This document shows, one piece after another, positions 32,001 to 43,098 of a stretch of DNA of 64,000 bases. The DNA comes from Diplonema japonicum. Taxonomy: Eukaryota; Protista; Euglenozoa: Diplonemea. Made by a program: the position numbers and the translations under genes. The notes under the pieces are model-generated. The model searched no databases, was not told the origin of the DNA, and saw only the letters and a program-made list of their open reading frames with translations. Location of the stretch: positions 433,901-497,900 of the forward strand of contig OZ025714.1 of assembly GCA_964019335.1 (NCBI GenBank), written 5' to 3'. Position 1 is the stretch's first letter. Each line of letters begins with the position of its first letter.

Positions 32001-32856
32001 ACAGCTGGCGGAGCTTTGCGAAGGTCTTGCCCATCAAGAACTGCAGGGGCGCGAGGAGGATGCAAAACCCAACCCCCGCAAAGGTGGACGGGCCCATCTT
32101 GGAGTACATGAAGTATGTGATGGCAATCAGCTTCAGCGGACCGATGATGAGGAAGTGGAAGAAGGGGGTCGTTTGGTCAAAACGCTCAGTGTCGTTGCTG
32201 ACCAAGTTGACGAGGTGGCCTGTGGTAGTCTGCGAAAGGGATTTGTTGGACAAGCTGAGCACCTTTTCGTACACAAGACCCACGCACGCGATTCGCATTC
32301 GCATGCCTATGTGCTGTGCCCTGTAGAAGTAAGGGTGGTGGAGGAGCACGCGCGTGAGGGAACACGCCAAGTAAAGACCAGCGTACATCCACATGTCATC
32401 GGTGCTAACTTCTTCGTCGTCGTCATCTTTCGAGAAGAGTATCAGCAACTCAGAAATGAAATACGGCTCCGCGACGGCGGCGCTCCACTCAACCAGACCG
32501 ATGAAGAAGGTCGTCAGGTTCTCGTACCAAAACATCGAACACAGAGCCCTCATGAGGCTTGGCTTGCCTGTCTCGATCTCCTTCTGCCACACATCTTTGA
32601 GTTGCTGCGTTAGCAACTCTGCGTCGTCTTCTTCGACGCACTTGTACATGTCAGAGGCCTCTAGCGGCTTCTTGTAACCAAGTGACATAAGATCTCCCAG
32701 AAAGCAGTAAGACTCCCTGCTGAACATTGAAGCTGTGTCAAAGGGGTTCGGCTTATCGCATTTCTGTTGTATATTCGCGATTGCCTTGGGGATGATCCCA
32801 AGTTCGTCGTGCGCCTCCAGTTCCTTGGCCTCTTGCTTCTCGAGTGTTTCTACCAT
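29029..32856 (-). CDS. ABC transporter subfamily C (MRP4-like)
   Basis: Two TMD-NBD halves; GVVGAGKTS, LSGGQRARISLAR, GRTGAGKSS and FSVGQRQL motifs. Confidence 0.95.
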   Translation of the reverse strand: MVETLEKQEAKELEAHDELGIIPKAIANIQQKCDKPNPFDTASMFSRESYCFLGDLMSLGYKKPLEASDMYKCVEEDDAELLTQQLKDVWQKEIETGKPSLMRALCSMFWYENLTTFFIGLVEWSAAVAEPYFISELLILFSKDDDDEEVSTDDMWMYAGLYLACSLTRVLLHHPYFYRAQHIGMRMRIACVGLVYEKVLSLSNKSLSQTTTGHLVNLVSNDTERFDQTTPFFHFLIIGPLKLIAITYFMYSKMGPSTFAGVGFCILLAPLQFLMGKTFAKLRQLSASWTDKRVKYMNELITGVRLIKMYAWEKPFSDTILGIRVQEAAKLQMTANLRAFNAGFFFVSTPLIMFIILSIYVHTTDDDLTPSKVFSVMMYINVLRISVSLFIPEAIKNGSECLVSISRLQNFLLKEEYSAYDVVKPMEGSTTIEFANVTAGWTETPVLKNASLNVKEGELLGVTGVVGAGKTSLLSTIIGELPVSEGSISVKCRPTLAEQEVWISSETVRVNILFGREFNEDRYNRVVDACCLYPDFEQFTNGDQTMIGERGITLSGGQRARISLARACYQGGDIYLLDDPLSAVDTIVGRHIFDKCINGILKNKTRILVTHQHQFLPSCDRVIEIADQKVNVKDVSDIVVEEVAEDKRATEEAKQVTDSSSPQEDLSKEDRMTGSVSLASYVSYFQNGGVASSILFVILAFAAQTMFVLNDVWLSRWTDRPANDQDSQYHYRVYIVSISILVVLGFIRAGLFFKLALTSSTNLHNKMFKALIRSPVGFFDTNPSGRVLNRFSKDLGQMDELLPWIFFDCVQQSMLVLGSVVIVVVVNYWVMVIVLPLVIVFGFLRSYFVATAREVKRLEANARSPLYSMFSEGISGLHTIRAFGKSKFFLSRYKAAQNDHNSAFFLFLACNRWIGLRLDTMSWVFITTVTITAVLARNQMSSGDAALSLTYATALAGSFQWCVRQSAETENNMTACERVRTYGDLTPEAPAETKPEVNLPPSWPAEGSIEFKEYSLRYREGLPEVLKKVSCKIEAGSNVGVVGRTGAGKSSLMQALFRLVEPSHGTIVIDGIDCQDLGLHDLRSRCSVIPQDPILFSGTLRYNLDPFDMVETDRVLWKALEDVQLKSTVEELNGKLDFEVSEGGKNFSVGQRQLVCLARALLRKNKILMMDEATANVDPETDKVIQETVRRSFENCTVLTIAHRLHTVIDSDMILVLSGGQVAAFGDPHELLQDEDNLLTKFVNQTGMEASMSLKEAARVASYRRSPKHNTTSPY

Positions 32857-34178
32857 TTTTAATACCCTGTGCGGAGGTGAGGAGAAGGGGGAATAATTAT
32901 ATTGTTAGTAAGAAAACAAAGCGATTTACTGAAGGGGGGGGGGGGGGGGGGGGATGATGTACAAGCCTGCTAGCAGTGGGCTTTTTTGTTTTCTTAGTTG
33001 TGCTTCACGTTAAGAGGGGTGACGGCAGAGTTGTAAAGGAGTGACAAACTTGCACACTCTTAGGTAAGGGGATATTAATGCATTAAGCTCACGGTTCTTT
33101 GCAGAAGTTAGCACGTATGCCGAAGACCACCGAGGCCAAGACAGGGGACCCAACAGGTTGCGGCAAGAAAGAAGACTTGTTTTCCATTTCCTCCCTCTTT
33201 CTTTTTCACAACAATCAAAAGAAAAAACAGGAGCGCGAATCGAGATCTCAAAGCAGCCAGTTCCAAGGGGGAAAAAGGGGGAAGAGAGAACAGAAAAAAG
33301 AAAAAAAAATGGAATTGTGAGAGAATGTCATCCCAGCAATCCCCGTCCCACACCAAACGTGAACCCCCTTGCAACAGATTCCTCCTTTTTTATATTTTTT
33401 TTTAAATCTTTATGGGGGAGGAATAATGTACAGGAGAAGGATACGGGTGGGGTTTGTCTGTTAGAGGATAAACTAAAGAAAAACGAGAAGAAAAGGTACT
33501 CTGTCTAGGGGGAAGAACAGAGAAGAAAGAAAAGAAAACAAAAAAGAAAATGGAAAGGACTCGACATTCCCCACGAGGTGCCGAAAAAAAAAAATAAAAA
33601 AACAAAAAGAAGCTTCTCACAACCAACCATTAGGTAACGGGAGTGGAAGGGGAAGTTCCGGGGGAAAGAAAGAAACACGCAACCACATGGGAAACAAGGG
33701 GCATAATCGATCTTTTAACGTCAGGGTGACGCAAGTCAAACGGCTCTCAGTACGACCACCACAGTCGACTCCAAAGTGTACCATAAAGCCCATGTGGGAT
33801 ACACGAGGAGCTTCTACCCTGTGTGCGCCGCCTTTCAGGCATGGCGTGCTGGTCCCCGTCTCCTCGCGGTAGGGGGGGGGGGGGCATCTTTTTCTTTGGG
33901 TCTGCCTATTCTTGCCCCCCCCCCCCCCCCCCCTGCCAGCATTGATAAGGGGTGGTGCCGCTACGTCCCCAGTCTTGATACCCTGAAAGAAAGAAGAAAG
34001 AAAAATAAAAATAAAAATACAAAAAAAAAAAAAAAAAACGTGCAAGAACCAGCACAATTATTCGGAAGGCGAAGAAAGCAACGGTAATAAGATGATAGAC
34101 TTCTAGGAACACACTACTGAACAGAGACCATGAAGAGAAGAAAAGGAAAATAAAAAAGAAGAAGAAGAAAAAAAAACA

Positions 34179-35192
34179 CTAATAAAATCCCTGCACAGGA
34201 TCCGCGAAAAAGGACAACCAAGATGGAGTTGGCGAGGTGCGTGAGGCGGTGGTTGTGGAGGCGGTGCTAGAGGTGTCTAGATGCTCCCGCATCCAGATGT
34301 ATGGCTGCCCAGACATCAACTTACAAATCATATTAATCATGTAAGAAGGCGGTGTGGCGCCCGTGTCAACTAGCGCAGTGATGGTGAGAGTCGTGCCCGA
34401 AGGCGCTGTTTCTTCGATCCGATAGTTCTGGTAGTGGATGAAGCCCCGCACAGTGTTGATGTCCTGCAACGGGGACTCACCCTCCACGGAGTTGAAGGTG
34501 ACTTCCTTGCACCTCTCCCCGCACGGCGTGGTGACACGCCTGTATAGGAAGTCACGTCCTTTGAACCCAAACCGCTTTACAACATTCGACTCGATGATAT
34601 GGTAGAAGGTGGCGTCGGTGTCATCGTCCTCAACCCCCACTTTGTTGAAGTACGTTAAGTTCTTGTCCCACGCCAAGCGTGCCTCCCTGTCGCACATAAT
34701 TGACTCAATTTTCTCCAACTTGGTGTCTGGGAAGAACGCTTCACACCGAGTAACAGGGAGCCCATTGATGTCCTTGTCTCTCCTGAACAGTTTAAAGTTG
34801 TCTTTATATTGCGCAGGGAAGTACGAAGGCTGTAACTCGTCCCACGCTGCATCTTGTATCTGAGCCATGATGCCCTCCTTCTTAACTATGGCTTCTTTCT
34901 TTTTCCTGAAGATCCCGGATCTTAACGATATTATCTTCTTCAATGCGGTCCTCGTCACCATTTTCCTCTCTCTGATGTACCCTTTAGTGATGCTCTTCAA
35001 AGCTGTCACACGTTGTAACTTCTCCTCTCTCCATGTCAGGTATCCCTCCTTGTACTTTAATGCGACAGATGGGAGTCTCTCGTGATGGACTTCCCGCCAT
35101 TTTTGGATAGCTTGCACCTTGGCCCTTAGCAGTTGCGCTTTTCTTTCTTCCGAGGCCATCCACACGCGGTGTGAAACGGCATAGGCTTCCAT
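34179..35192 (-). CDS. START-domain lipid-binding protein
   Basis: RLAWDKN, GRDFLY, VRG and DTGATPPSYMIN fit the START fold. Confidence 0.75.
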   Translation of the reverse strand: MEAYAVSHRVWMASEERKAQLLRAKVQAIQKWREVHHERLPSVALKYKEGYLTWREEKLQRVTALKSITKGYIRERKMVTRTALKKIISLRSGIFRKKKEAIVKKEGIMAQIQDAAWDELQPSYFPAQYKDNFKLFRRDKDINGLPVTRCEAFFPDTKLEKIESIMCDREARLAWDKNLTYFNKVGVEDDDTDATFYHIIESNVVKRFGFKGRDFLYRRVTTPCGERCKEVTFNSVEGESPLQDINTVRGFIHYQNYRIEETAPSGTTLTITALVDTGATPPSYMINMICKLMSGQPYIWMREHLDTSSTASTTTASRTSPTPSWLSFFADPVQGFY

Positions 35193-35715
35193 TCCACGTA
35201 CACCTATGATAGTTGATGGGAAGCACCTTAATAAACACTATGAGCCAAGAGAAGACATCGTTCATCCCAAGACAAGACGTAAAGGCTGCACGCCTTCATC
35301 AATTTTAAGGGATTAAAGTAAAAAGAAAAAGGGGATAAATAAAAACACTTACGGGGTTGGACCGGAGGGAGGGGGGGGGGGGGGGGAAGAAGGAAGAAGT
35401 GGAGGGGGGGGGGGGTATACTTTTCCTTTCTATTTCAACAGCTAAGAAATCTGAAGACACTCTTTTAATATTTTTTTAAAAAGAAACTTTCTCATTTTTT
35501 ATTTTTCCTCTTGAGGCTAAAGTGGAAAAAAAAGACGGGAAGGGTAGATTAGGAGAGACTCAATGGACGGCAGGCAAATAAAAATAGAGAGAATCAAAAA
35601 AAAAAAATTGTTCTATTTTTTTTTTTTCCCTTCTTTTTTTTTAAAAAAAGGTCCACCAACTTCGATGTATAAAACAACACGTTCGGCGCCTGCCATAGTG
35701 TAAGAACATTTGTGT

Positions 35716-36286
35716 CTACTGGGTGGTCTGCAGGTGCACGAGGATCTCCTTCATGCGTGCCGTTTTCCTCGCGAGCTTGTCGTCCTTCATGTCCACAAGG
35801 GAGACGACTCTGTCCCACACGGGGCCGTCCGTGAAGAGGGCGTCGTTGCGGGATTTGGTTGTTTTCTCGTTCTCAAGGTTCTGCATTTTTTTTTCAGACA
35901 TTTTGTCCTCCCTCTCTTTTGTCATCTTCGCGATGGTAGCTGCCGCCTTGTCTCTCACCTCCTGGTGGGCCTTGTCGGCCTCTGCGTCCCTCTTCTGGAG
36001 AGCCTCTCTCGTCTGCTCCTGGAACTTCGCAAGATGTGACTCCCCTTCGGGTATCATAGGCGGCATGCCTGCAGCAGGCGGTGCAGGTGCATCCATTGCG
36101 TCCATCGAAAAGCCAGACGTAGCAGGTGCTTCTTCAACAGGAGGGGGTGCCATGCCATCCAGAGCTGGCGGTGTGTAATCAGTGTCCTGTTGTGGTTTTG
36201 GTTTCGCATTATTATTACATCCATACCTCAGCAGGTGTCTCCACCGCAGGCGGCGCAGTGGTGTCGTCAAACTCGAAGTCGTCCAT
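35716..36286 (-). CDS. CLC: Clathrin light chain; intron 36187-36226
   Basis: Acidic N-terminus MDDFEFDD, central coiled coil, C-terminal WDRVVSLVD..RMKEILVHL. A 40-nt GTATG..CAG intron restores the frame. Confidence 0.8.
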
Positions 36287-36531
36287 AGTGCAAGCTAGTC
36301 CTGGAGGCTGTGGACACGGGTATGCAATCAAGCGACAGAAGGAATGATAAGTAGAAAAGAAAGAAAGGGGAAGAAACAAAGTAAAAAAAAAAAAAAAAAG
36401 AATGAAGCGGGGGAGAAAATATAGAGTGGAAGGGGTGCAAAAAAAAAGGGGGATGTTGATGAGGCAAATAATACCATTTTTTTTAATGGAACCACAATGA
36501 TAGCCGAAAAAATGATAAGTGTATTTGGCAT

Positions 36532-38490
36532 TTAGTTTTCCTTCTCTTCCTCTTCCTCCTCCTCCTCTTCATCCCCCTCATCATCCTCTTCCCCTTCTTC
36601 GTCGCTGTCGCCCTCTGCCATCACTACATCGCCATTGACGTCTTCGCCCATCATGTCGGAGTCTTCGTCATCCTCGTCGTCGAAGGAGTCCGGCAGCATG
36701 TCCCTTGCCATGCGCGAGTCTGCTTCCGACACCACCTTCAGGGGCAGACCCTTTTCCCTCGCCACCGTGTCCTGAAGATACTGATTACATGACAAACCGC
36801 CATACCTTCAGAGCGAACGACCTCCCAAGCACCACGTCAAGCCTCCCTTGCAGCACTGCAAGCTGGTTGTATGTCTTCAAGTGCTCGCTCACAACATTCT
36901 ATTAAAGTATTTCACAAAACAAAATAAAGCACACCTGCAGAGGCTCCAGAAGCTTATCCAAATCGGGAAGAGAGAGTAGGTGCTGCGGGTGGTGTGCCAG
37001 CACCGCTCTGATCCACGCCATCTGTAATGTGATGCCTTAGCTCTCAAGCGCATACCGTGATCTGCGACCTGCTTGATTTATCTTGGAATCTCTTTGTGCA
37101 CTCACGGAGGAGCTGCAGTGTGTATTGCCGATCCAAGCCCATAACCTGACATATGTGTGTATTTTGTTTCAGCGTGGCATACTGAAACGTCAATAAGGCG
37201 TTTGGAGAGACCCTCTTCAAGCAGTGAGTCCAGCTGTCTCTTGTCATTCCTTGCAAGCGCCTGCTGGAGGGATTGAGTGATCTTTACCCTTTCCTGTGCC
37301 GACACCCTGCCCTCCCGTCTCATCAATTCCTCTTTTTTGAACCCAAGAGACTGGAACTGGCTGAGAGTCTTGTCAAGGGTCGCAGTGTCTGTCGGCTCGG
37401 AAGGCATCGGCACTGCTTCAGATTGCTCTGATTTCCGTTTTTTTGTTGGTTTCATGAGTTGAGTGTTCTCAGCGGGCGAGATAGAGACATTCGGCAGGAA
37501 GGTGTTGTTTTCCTCAGAAACTCTTACGGGCTCGAAGCAGGGTGCTGCTTGTGTACCCTTTGCAACCAAGATGGATTCAAGATGTTTACTTCCCTTCATG
37601 GAGAACGTCGCAGCCGCCAGAATTGATGAGGTACCTTCCTTCAGTGTCACCACACAGTCACCAGCAGGAGAAGACGCACTGTTGCTCACGTCCCACAGGT
37701 GCACTGTGGACGCAGATGTCAGGCACATCACAATGTTCCCCTGACACCACAGAGCTACGGGGGGGTGGGGAAGCTGGAATTCTTTCAAGGACTTTATTTT
37801 GTTTCCCTCAGCAGTGGCGTCCCACATGCTCAGATGCCTCTCGTCCTCACACCCGGTAACAAATCTCTTCTCGTCAAGGAACTGCACCAGAGATGCAGGG
37901 CTGCTGTGCCCGGTGAACTTTCCAAGCACAGATAATTTTTTTAATTTAGCGTCACATTGTAAAACGGATAATTTCTTCGAGCCCGCGACCATGAGGGACC
38001 CGCTGGGGCTCACAGCCATGCCTCTAGCACCCTTGGGTATCTCACACTCGCTCTCACTTTTAGATTTTGTATCGTATATTTTGACAACAGACGACCCGCT
38101 CACGAAGGCCCTCGTCCCGTGGAACTTGATATCCGTCACCTCTTGCTGCAGAGACAGCTCTGCTACCTCTTCGTCCTTGTCGGCATCCCACAAGTACGCC
38201 TGCAGTGTGCTATTTTAAGTTTCGAGCATACCTGTCCACTCTTGCACCCTACACCGATAACGCTAGTCCCTTTGCACCAACCGATGCACGACACTAGGTG
38301 TGTCATGCTGTTCGGCAGGGACAGCGTGTTCGTCAACTTGCCTGTCGCTACATTGTAAATCTACGTTGTGTTGATGTAAGAAGGAAAGAAAAAGTAATAA
38401 CCATACTTTCACAGTGCTGTCGCTCACAATGGCAAATTGCTTTTGCCTCTCATCGAACTGGCAGATAGGATGGCTCTGCACACTCTCCAT
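36532..38490 (-). CDS. UTP5: WD40/Utp12-domain ribosome biogenesis factor UTP5/WDR43; six introns
   Basis: Introns 38361-38406, 38200-38231, 37146-37182, 37022-37055, 36899-36934 and 36781(or 36772)-36805 join the ORF pieces into one frame. WD40 motif KFTGHSSPA; Utp12 motifs LQQAL..AWIRAVL..LQGRLD; acidic tail. Confidence 0.8.
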
Positions 38491-38909
38491 TTTCTACTCC
38501 TGGAGGCTGCAAAAGAGTAAAGAAAGAAGGGGAAAGAAGAAACAAGAAAAATAGCCAATAAATAAATTTGAACAATAGCACCTGATATGGTTCGATGTAC
38601 GAGACCAACAGAAAAAGGTATAATAGACAGCACATCGAGATATGTTGGCAGTAGGGAAGCGACATCAAGTGCTGAAGAGTAGTTACCAGAGCAGCGCTTG
38701 GCCACATGACCGCTAAAAAGTAATGCGTTTAATGTACTGTTCGCACGCGCATCACAGTCGGAGTGGACACGGCGGAAGAGATGATACGGGGGGTGGGGTG
38801 GGTGCAGTTGTGCAGATATTAGTGTTCGGAAGAATTTTATTTTACTCCTGACCCAGTTTCCAAAAACCGCATATCTTAGTGGAAGTCTGCAGAAGGAGGG
38901 GGGGAAAGG

Positions 38910-40334
38910 TTAAGCAGAAAATATTATAGAAGACATGCTCCCAACAGAAAGTACGAACAGTAAAGACTTTATTTTCAGTTTCTCAGTTCCCTTAAGAACG
39001 AGAGAGGGGGGCAGCACGTTAGAGTCAGAAGCCAGCCTGGTGAGCAGGAACAAAGCTAGAGGGAGGAACAGTGTGTTGAGAATGTTGACAGTGATATTGA
39101 GTGCAATGAGGTCAACACCCGACAAGGAGAGGGCCGTCGCGAAGACGAGCAGCATCACAAAAATCGAGTACTGTGCAGGGGCTTCGTTGACTGTGGACTG
39201 AAGGAAAGACTTATCGCGTTTGAGACCCAACAGCTCAGAGGACGTGATTACTGCCGTGACGCACACTACCATTAAGGCGTTCAGAGAGCTCCCCAAGAAG
39301 CCCATGTACACAAGAAACTTGCCATATTGTCCGCCACCAGGGGCGAGCGTCGCCACAACGGCTGGTATGTCGACAAAGCCCGCAGGGTTCAGATTCGTGT
39401 AGGAGCCGTTCCAGGCTGTGGTGGCTGCTGAAATGGTCACCGCAATGCAAATAGCCTGGCAAAGAAAAGCCCCAATCAAGATGTCTTTCTTGGCAGCAGG
39501 TACTTCCTCGACAGTCACTTGCTTGTCCATCACAGCCGATTGCTCATAGAAGATCATCCACGGTGACAACACCGACCCTACATTGGCAGCAAGCAAGTAT
39601 GTGAACCTCTTGTTCTTGAAATCCGCCGAGTTTTCAAAACCTCTTTTGATATCGCTAAACTTGGGCAGCGCCATGAACAGCGACACGAAGAAGACAACTT
39701 CGCACAGTCCTAAACACAAGCATATCTTCTCTATTCTAGATGCCATGCCCCCGCAAGCTATGATAACTATCACAGAGATGACGACTGAGCACAGCAACAC
39801 AGGGTTCACACCCATCCCCTCCGCCATGCCTATCAGGGCTGTGATCTGCGACAGCATAGTTCCCAAACAAGTCATCACTACGATACACGTGCAGAGCGAT
39901 GACATCATCACACCGTATTTTTCTTTGATCAGCTCTGCATGTCCTTTCTTCGTGGCTGCTCCTAGGCGCACTGCCAGTTCTTGCGTGATGTATAGGGGAT
40001 AGATAAGTGCGAGCTGCCACAGCAGCATTGCGTGGCCCCATTCCTTCCCGATCTCTGCCGACGTGACCAACGACCCTGCGTCGGCTGCAGCAAGCATCAC
40101 GACCAAACCTGGGCCGTACAAGCTCACCCATCCTCGCACTACAACATATCCCTTGCTCCCCAATCGCAGGAGTCGAGCACTCCCTTTGTTCACAGTGATT
40201 TTGATGTCATGAATTTCATCTATTGCCCCGTACGAGGTTTCAGAATGCTCGTATTGCAGGAGTCGATGTCTTTCCTGCTCCTCATCTTCCGAAAAGTGTC
40301 TTTGGAAGTATGAAGTATACCGCAACTCCTGCAT
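38910..40334 (-). CDS. Nramp-superfamily divalent metal transporter, bacterial-like subtype
   Basis: GPGLVVMLAAADAGS, QELAVRLGAATKKGHAELI and VGSVLSPWMIFYEQSAV motifs; about 11 TMs. Confidence 0.85.
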   Translation of the reverse strand: MQELRYTSYFQRHFSEDEEQERHRLLQYEHSETSYGAIDEIHDIKITVNKGSARLLRLGSKGYVVVRGWVSLYGPGLVVMLAAADAGSLVTSAEIGKEWGHAMLLWQLALIYPLYITQELAVRLGAATKKGHAELIKEKYGVMMSSLCTCIVVMTCLGTMLSQITALIGMAEGMGVNPVLLCSVVISVIVIIACGGMASRIEKICLCLGLCEVVFFVSLFMALPKFSDIKRGFENSADFKNKRFTYLLAANVGSVLSPWMIFYEQSAVMDKQVTVEEVPAAKKDILIGAFLCQAICIAVTISAATTAWNGSYTNLNPAGFVDIPAVVATLAPGGGQYGKFLVYMGFLGSSLNALMVVCVTAVITSSELLGLKRDKSFLQSTVNEAPAQYSIFVMLLVFATALSLSGVDLIALNITVNILNTLFLPLALFLLTRLASDSNVLPPSLVLKGTEKLKIKSLLFVLSVGSMSSIIFSA

Positions 40335-40788
40335 GTGATACCTGTGGTGCGTCTGTGGAGAGAGAAGCTTAACAGAATAAAAGAAAGCGTACATCGACAA
40401 AGGCAGAAATAAGAGCGCCAGCGACAACACACAACTCTGCAAACACAGTTCCTAATAAGACACCTGCCTCTCGGTTTTGTCTTCGTTGCGATAAATCTCG
40501 GAACTCACGGTAATTGATTTGTTTATTCATTTTCTGTTCCCCAGAACTCAGGCAACGGACGAAAGGGGGAGAGAGGGCAGGGGGCTTAAAGATTTTTTAC
40601 AAAGCCGTAACAATAGTAAAGCATAAAGCCTCGAAACATAAAATAAAGTGTTTAGATCTGCTGCGTCAAGCACGAGGTGTTGCAAAAAAAAAAAAAAGAA
40701 GAAGAAGAAAGAAAGAAAAACACCCAACCGCAACCCCGACACGATGGTGGTTGAACATTGCGACTGAGGAACGTTGATTGTAACATGT

Positions 40789-43098
40789 TCACGGCATGCA
40801 CGGGATAGAGGCCACAGGTGTGGTACCTAGCAGCACCCTAAAGGTGCCATGAGTTTTGTCAAAAGTACAGGGAAGCACCCACTGCTGCACAGCAGGGTCC
40901 CACGAGCTTTTAAAGGCACTTGAAGCGAGGGTCAAAGTGTAGTGGCCTGACTCCCACACCTTTTTGAATGCTCTGAGTTCCCTGACGGGTCTTTTTTTGT
41001 CGAAAGTAGCAGACGAAGAGGTGTAGCTGATGAACAGTTGTACTACCTCCGATGCGACCATGTCCTCAGGGGCGTCGATGCTCACTGCAGTAGTCACGCT
41101 GCACCCGTTGTTCGCACTGTCACTACCGCAAGTGTTGCTCACAGCAGTGAGCTCAGTTTGGGCAAAAGATTGACCGTAGCCGAACCTGAACAAAGGCACC
41201 ATGCTGTACTTTTCGTAATATTTGTACCCAATGAGAGCCCCTTCCACGTACTCCGATACATCATGACCGTACTGCACCACTGAGGTGACACGCTTCGCTG
41301 TTTCATCCCAAGCATAGGCCGGCACGGTGATGGTCGCTTTTGTGTTAGGCAGCACCAAACCGGGATTGTATCTGGAAATAGGCGACTGTAGATAATCCTT
41401 CCCATCGGGACCCTGCTCTTTATTAGGGATGGTATAAGACAGCTTCCCACCAGGGGACACAACACCTGTCAGCATCATTGACAGCGCAGTGGCGAAGTGT
41501 TGGCCTGGGTAAAAGGTGGTGAAGGCAGCATCAACATGTTCGAGGTAGTCATGTGCTAGAAATGCTCCGCCGACAGTAGTCATGCTGATGAGAATGGCTT
41601 TGGGGTACTTTGCGTGAAGCTTCTGTACTGTCTCGAGGTAATCGCAGTTCCCATAAGTAGAGCCTGTCACGTTGTTCCGTGCCTGATTGCTGTCGCACCT
41701 GTCGATGTTGTAGAAACCATCTTTCTTGTTCACAAGGTAGCCCTCAGATCTGTACTGTGCACCGAAGATGATCACTACATCGGGAACTTCAGTAGGCAAC
41801 TCATAGTCCCAGTAGGCTACATTTCCCTTTGTGCTGAGAGATTGCTTCATAAGATCCTGAGCCACTTTCCCTCCGTGGTTCAGACCTTCCCCAATATGGT
41901 TTGGCATTTTGTAACCGAAAGCACCATTGTCGCCGGACCCGCCGCCACTGAGCATGGCTTCTCCCGCTAGCAGAATCTTCTGAGGGGTCTTGAAAGGCAG
42001 TCCGGAGTGCTTTTTCAGAAGCACCATCCCCTCCGCTGCAAGAATAGACCCGAGCTTTGTGTTATCCTCAGCAACCATAGCCTCTTGGTAAAGCTTCGGG
42101 AGATGACTGATCTGCGGTGCCGATGTGTTCGCCTTGCAGCCTTCTTGGGACAACACTCCAGAAACGTACATTGCTGCCAATGAGTTTTTTGCGATACGGT
42201 TCCTCAGTGTTTCATTCTTGGGAACAGGCAACCTCAGGGCTGCACCCCAGTTCATCTCCCACTCGATGACGTCTCGGTTATCGGTCGATTTCCCATTTGT
42301 AGTGCTTGTGATGGAATTTGTCCAGTCTGTCATCAAGGCGCCGTGGAAGCCCATCACATCTCGCAGCAAGTGCTTGCTGACTTGCTCACTGCCACACATC
42401 CAAGCAACTGTCTCATTGTGCTCCGCAACCTGGACTCTGTTGTAGGAACACATAAAGGCGCCAGTCCCTTCATTGATCTGGGACTGAAAGGATCGAAGGT
42501 AGCTCTCCATCATGACCCCCTCCTCAATTCTAACGATATTTTTTACTCTGTTTAATTCTTGATTGTTCATTGCCCAGTGTTTCGCTGTTGCCATCACGTT
42601 TGTGGACTGGATGCCCCGCACTATCGGGCCTGCAAGGTCGCCGAGCGTAGCGTCCTCACCCGAGATGTACTCCCAGTTCCTGCCGTTGATAGGGACACGG
42701 TGTATACACACACCAGGCCCTAGTTGCACTTCTGCACCAACATTGGCAAAGTCTTTTGCCCCGACACGACCGATGTAGTAGGATAGCTCAGGGAACATGG
42801 CAAGCCCATGGATGCCAGCCGAAGGCCACGATGTTCTGTTAGCCAACGTCTGCCCACTCAGGATGTCACGCAGACCGCTGGGGCCATCCATCATGTTGAT
42901 GTCCTTCACGTCCTTCGTACCCGGGACTACTCCTACGTAAGACTTGTCGTTCTCCCCGCCGAACATGTTGCCGCGCATCCATTCATCAGGAAGACCCGCG
43001 TGGCTTGCTAGGAACTCACCAGCACACTTTTGCGCAGCCTCATACACAGCTCCATGCGCAAGGGCAACGAGCAGCGACCCTGTCAAGAAGACTCTCAT
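40789..43098 (-). CDS. Secreted glycoside hydrolase family 3 (beta-glucosidase-like)
   Basis: DGPSG, GRNWEYISGED, KHW, MCSYN, MTDW nucleophile, FGYGQS and Fn3-like ELRAFKKV; signal peptide MRVFLTG. Confidence 0.92.
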   Translation of the reverse strand: MRVFLTGSLLVALAHGAVYEAAQKCAGEFLASHAGLPDEWMRGNMFGGENDKSYVGVVPGTKDVKDINMMDGPSGLRDILSGQTLANRTSWPSAGIHGLAMFPELSYYIGRVGAKDFANVGAEVQLGPGVCIHRVPINGRNWEYISGEDATLGDLAGPIVRGIQSTNVMATAKHWAMNNQELNRVKNIVRIEEGVMMESYLRSFQSQINEGTGAFMCSYNRVQVAEHNETVAWMCGSEQVSKHLLRDVMGFHGALMTDWTNSITSTTNGKSTDNRDVIEWEMNWGAALRLPVPKNETLRNRIAKNSLAAMYVSGVLSQEGCKANTSAPQISHLPKLYQEAMVAEDNTKLGSILAAEGMVLLKKHSGLPFKTPQKILLAGEAMLSGGGSGDNGAFGYKMPNHIGEGLNHGGKVAQDLMKQSLSTKGNVAYWDYELPTEVPDVVIIFGAQYRSEGYLVNKKDGFYNIDRCDSNQARNNVTGSTYGNCDYLETVQKLHAKYPKAILISMTTVGGAFLAHDYLEHVDAAFTTFYPGQHFATALSMMLTGVVSPGGKLSYTIPNKEQGPDGKDYLQSPISRYNPGLVLPNTKATITVPAYAWDETAKRVTSVVQYGHDVSEYVEGALIGYKYYEKYSMVPLFRFGYGQSFAQTELTAVSNTCGSDSANNGCSVTTAVSIDAPEDMVASEVVQLFISYTSSSATFDKKRPVRELRAFKKVWESGHYTLTLASSAFKSSWDPAVQQWVLPCTFDKTHGTFRVLLGTTPVASIPCMP

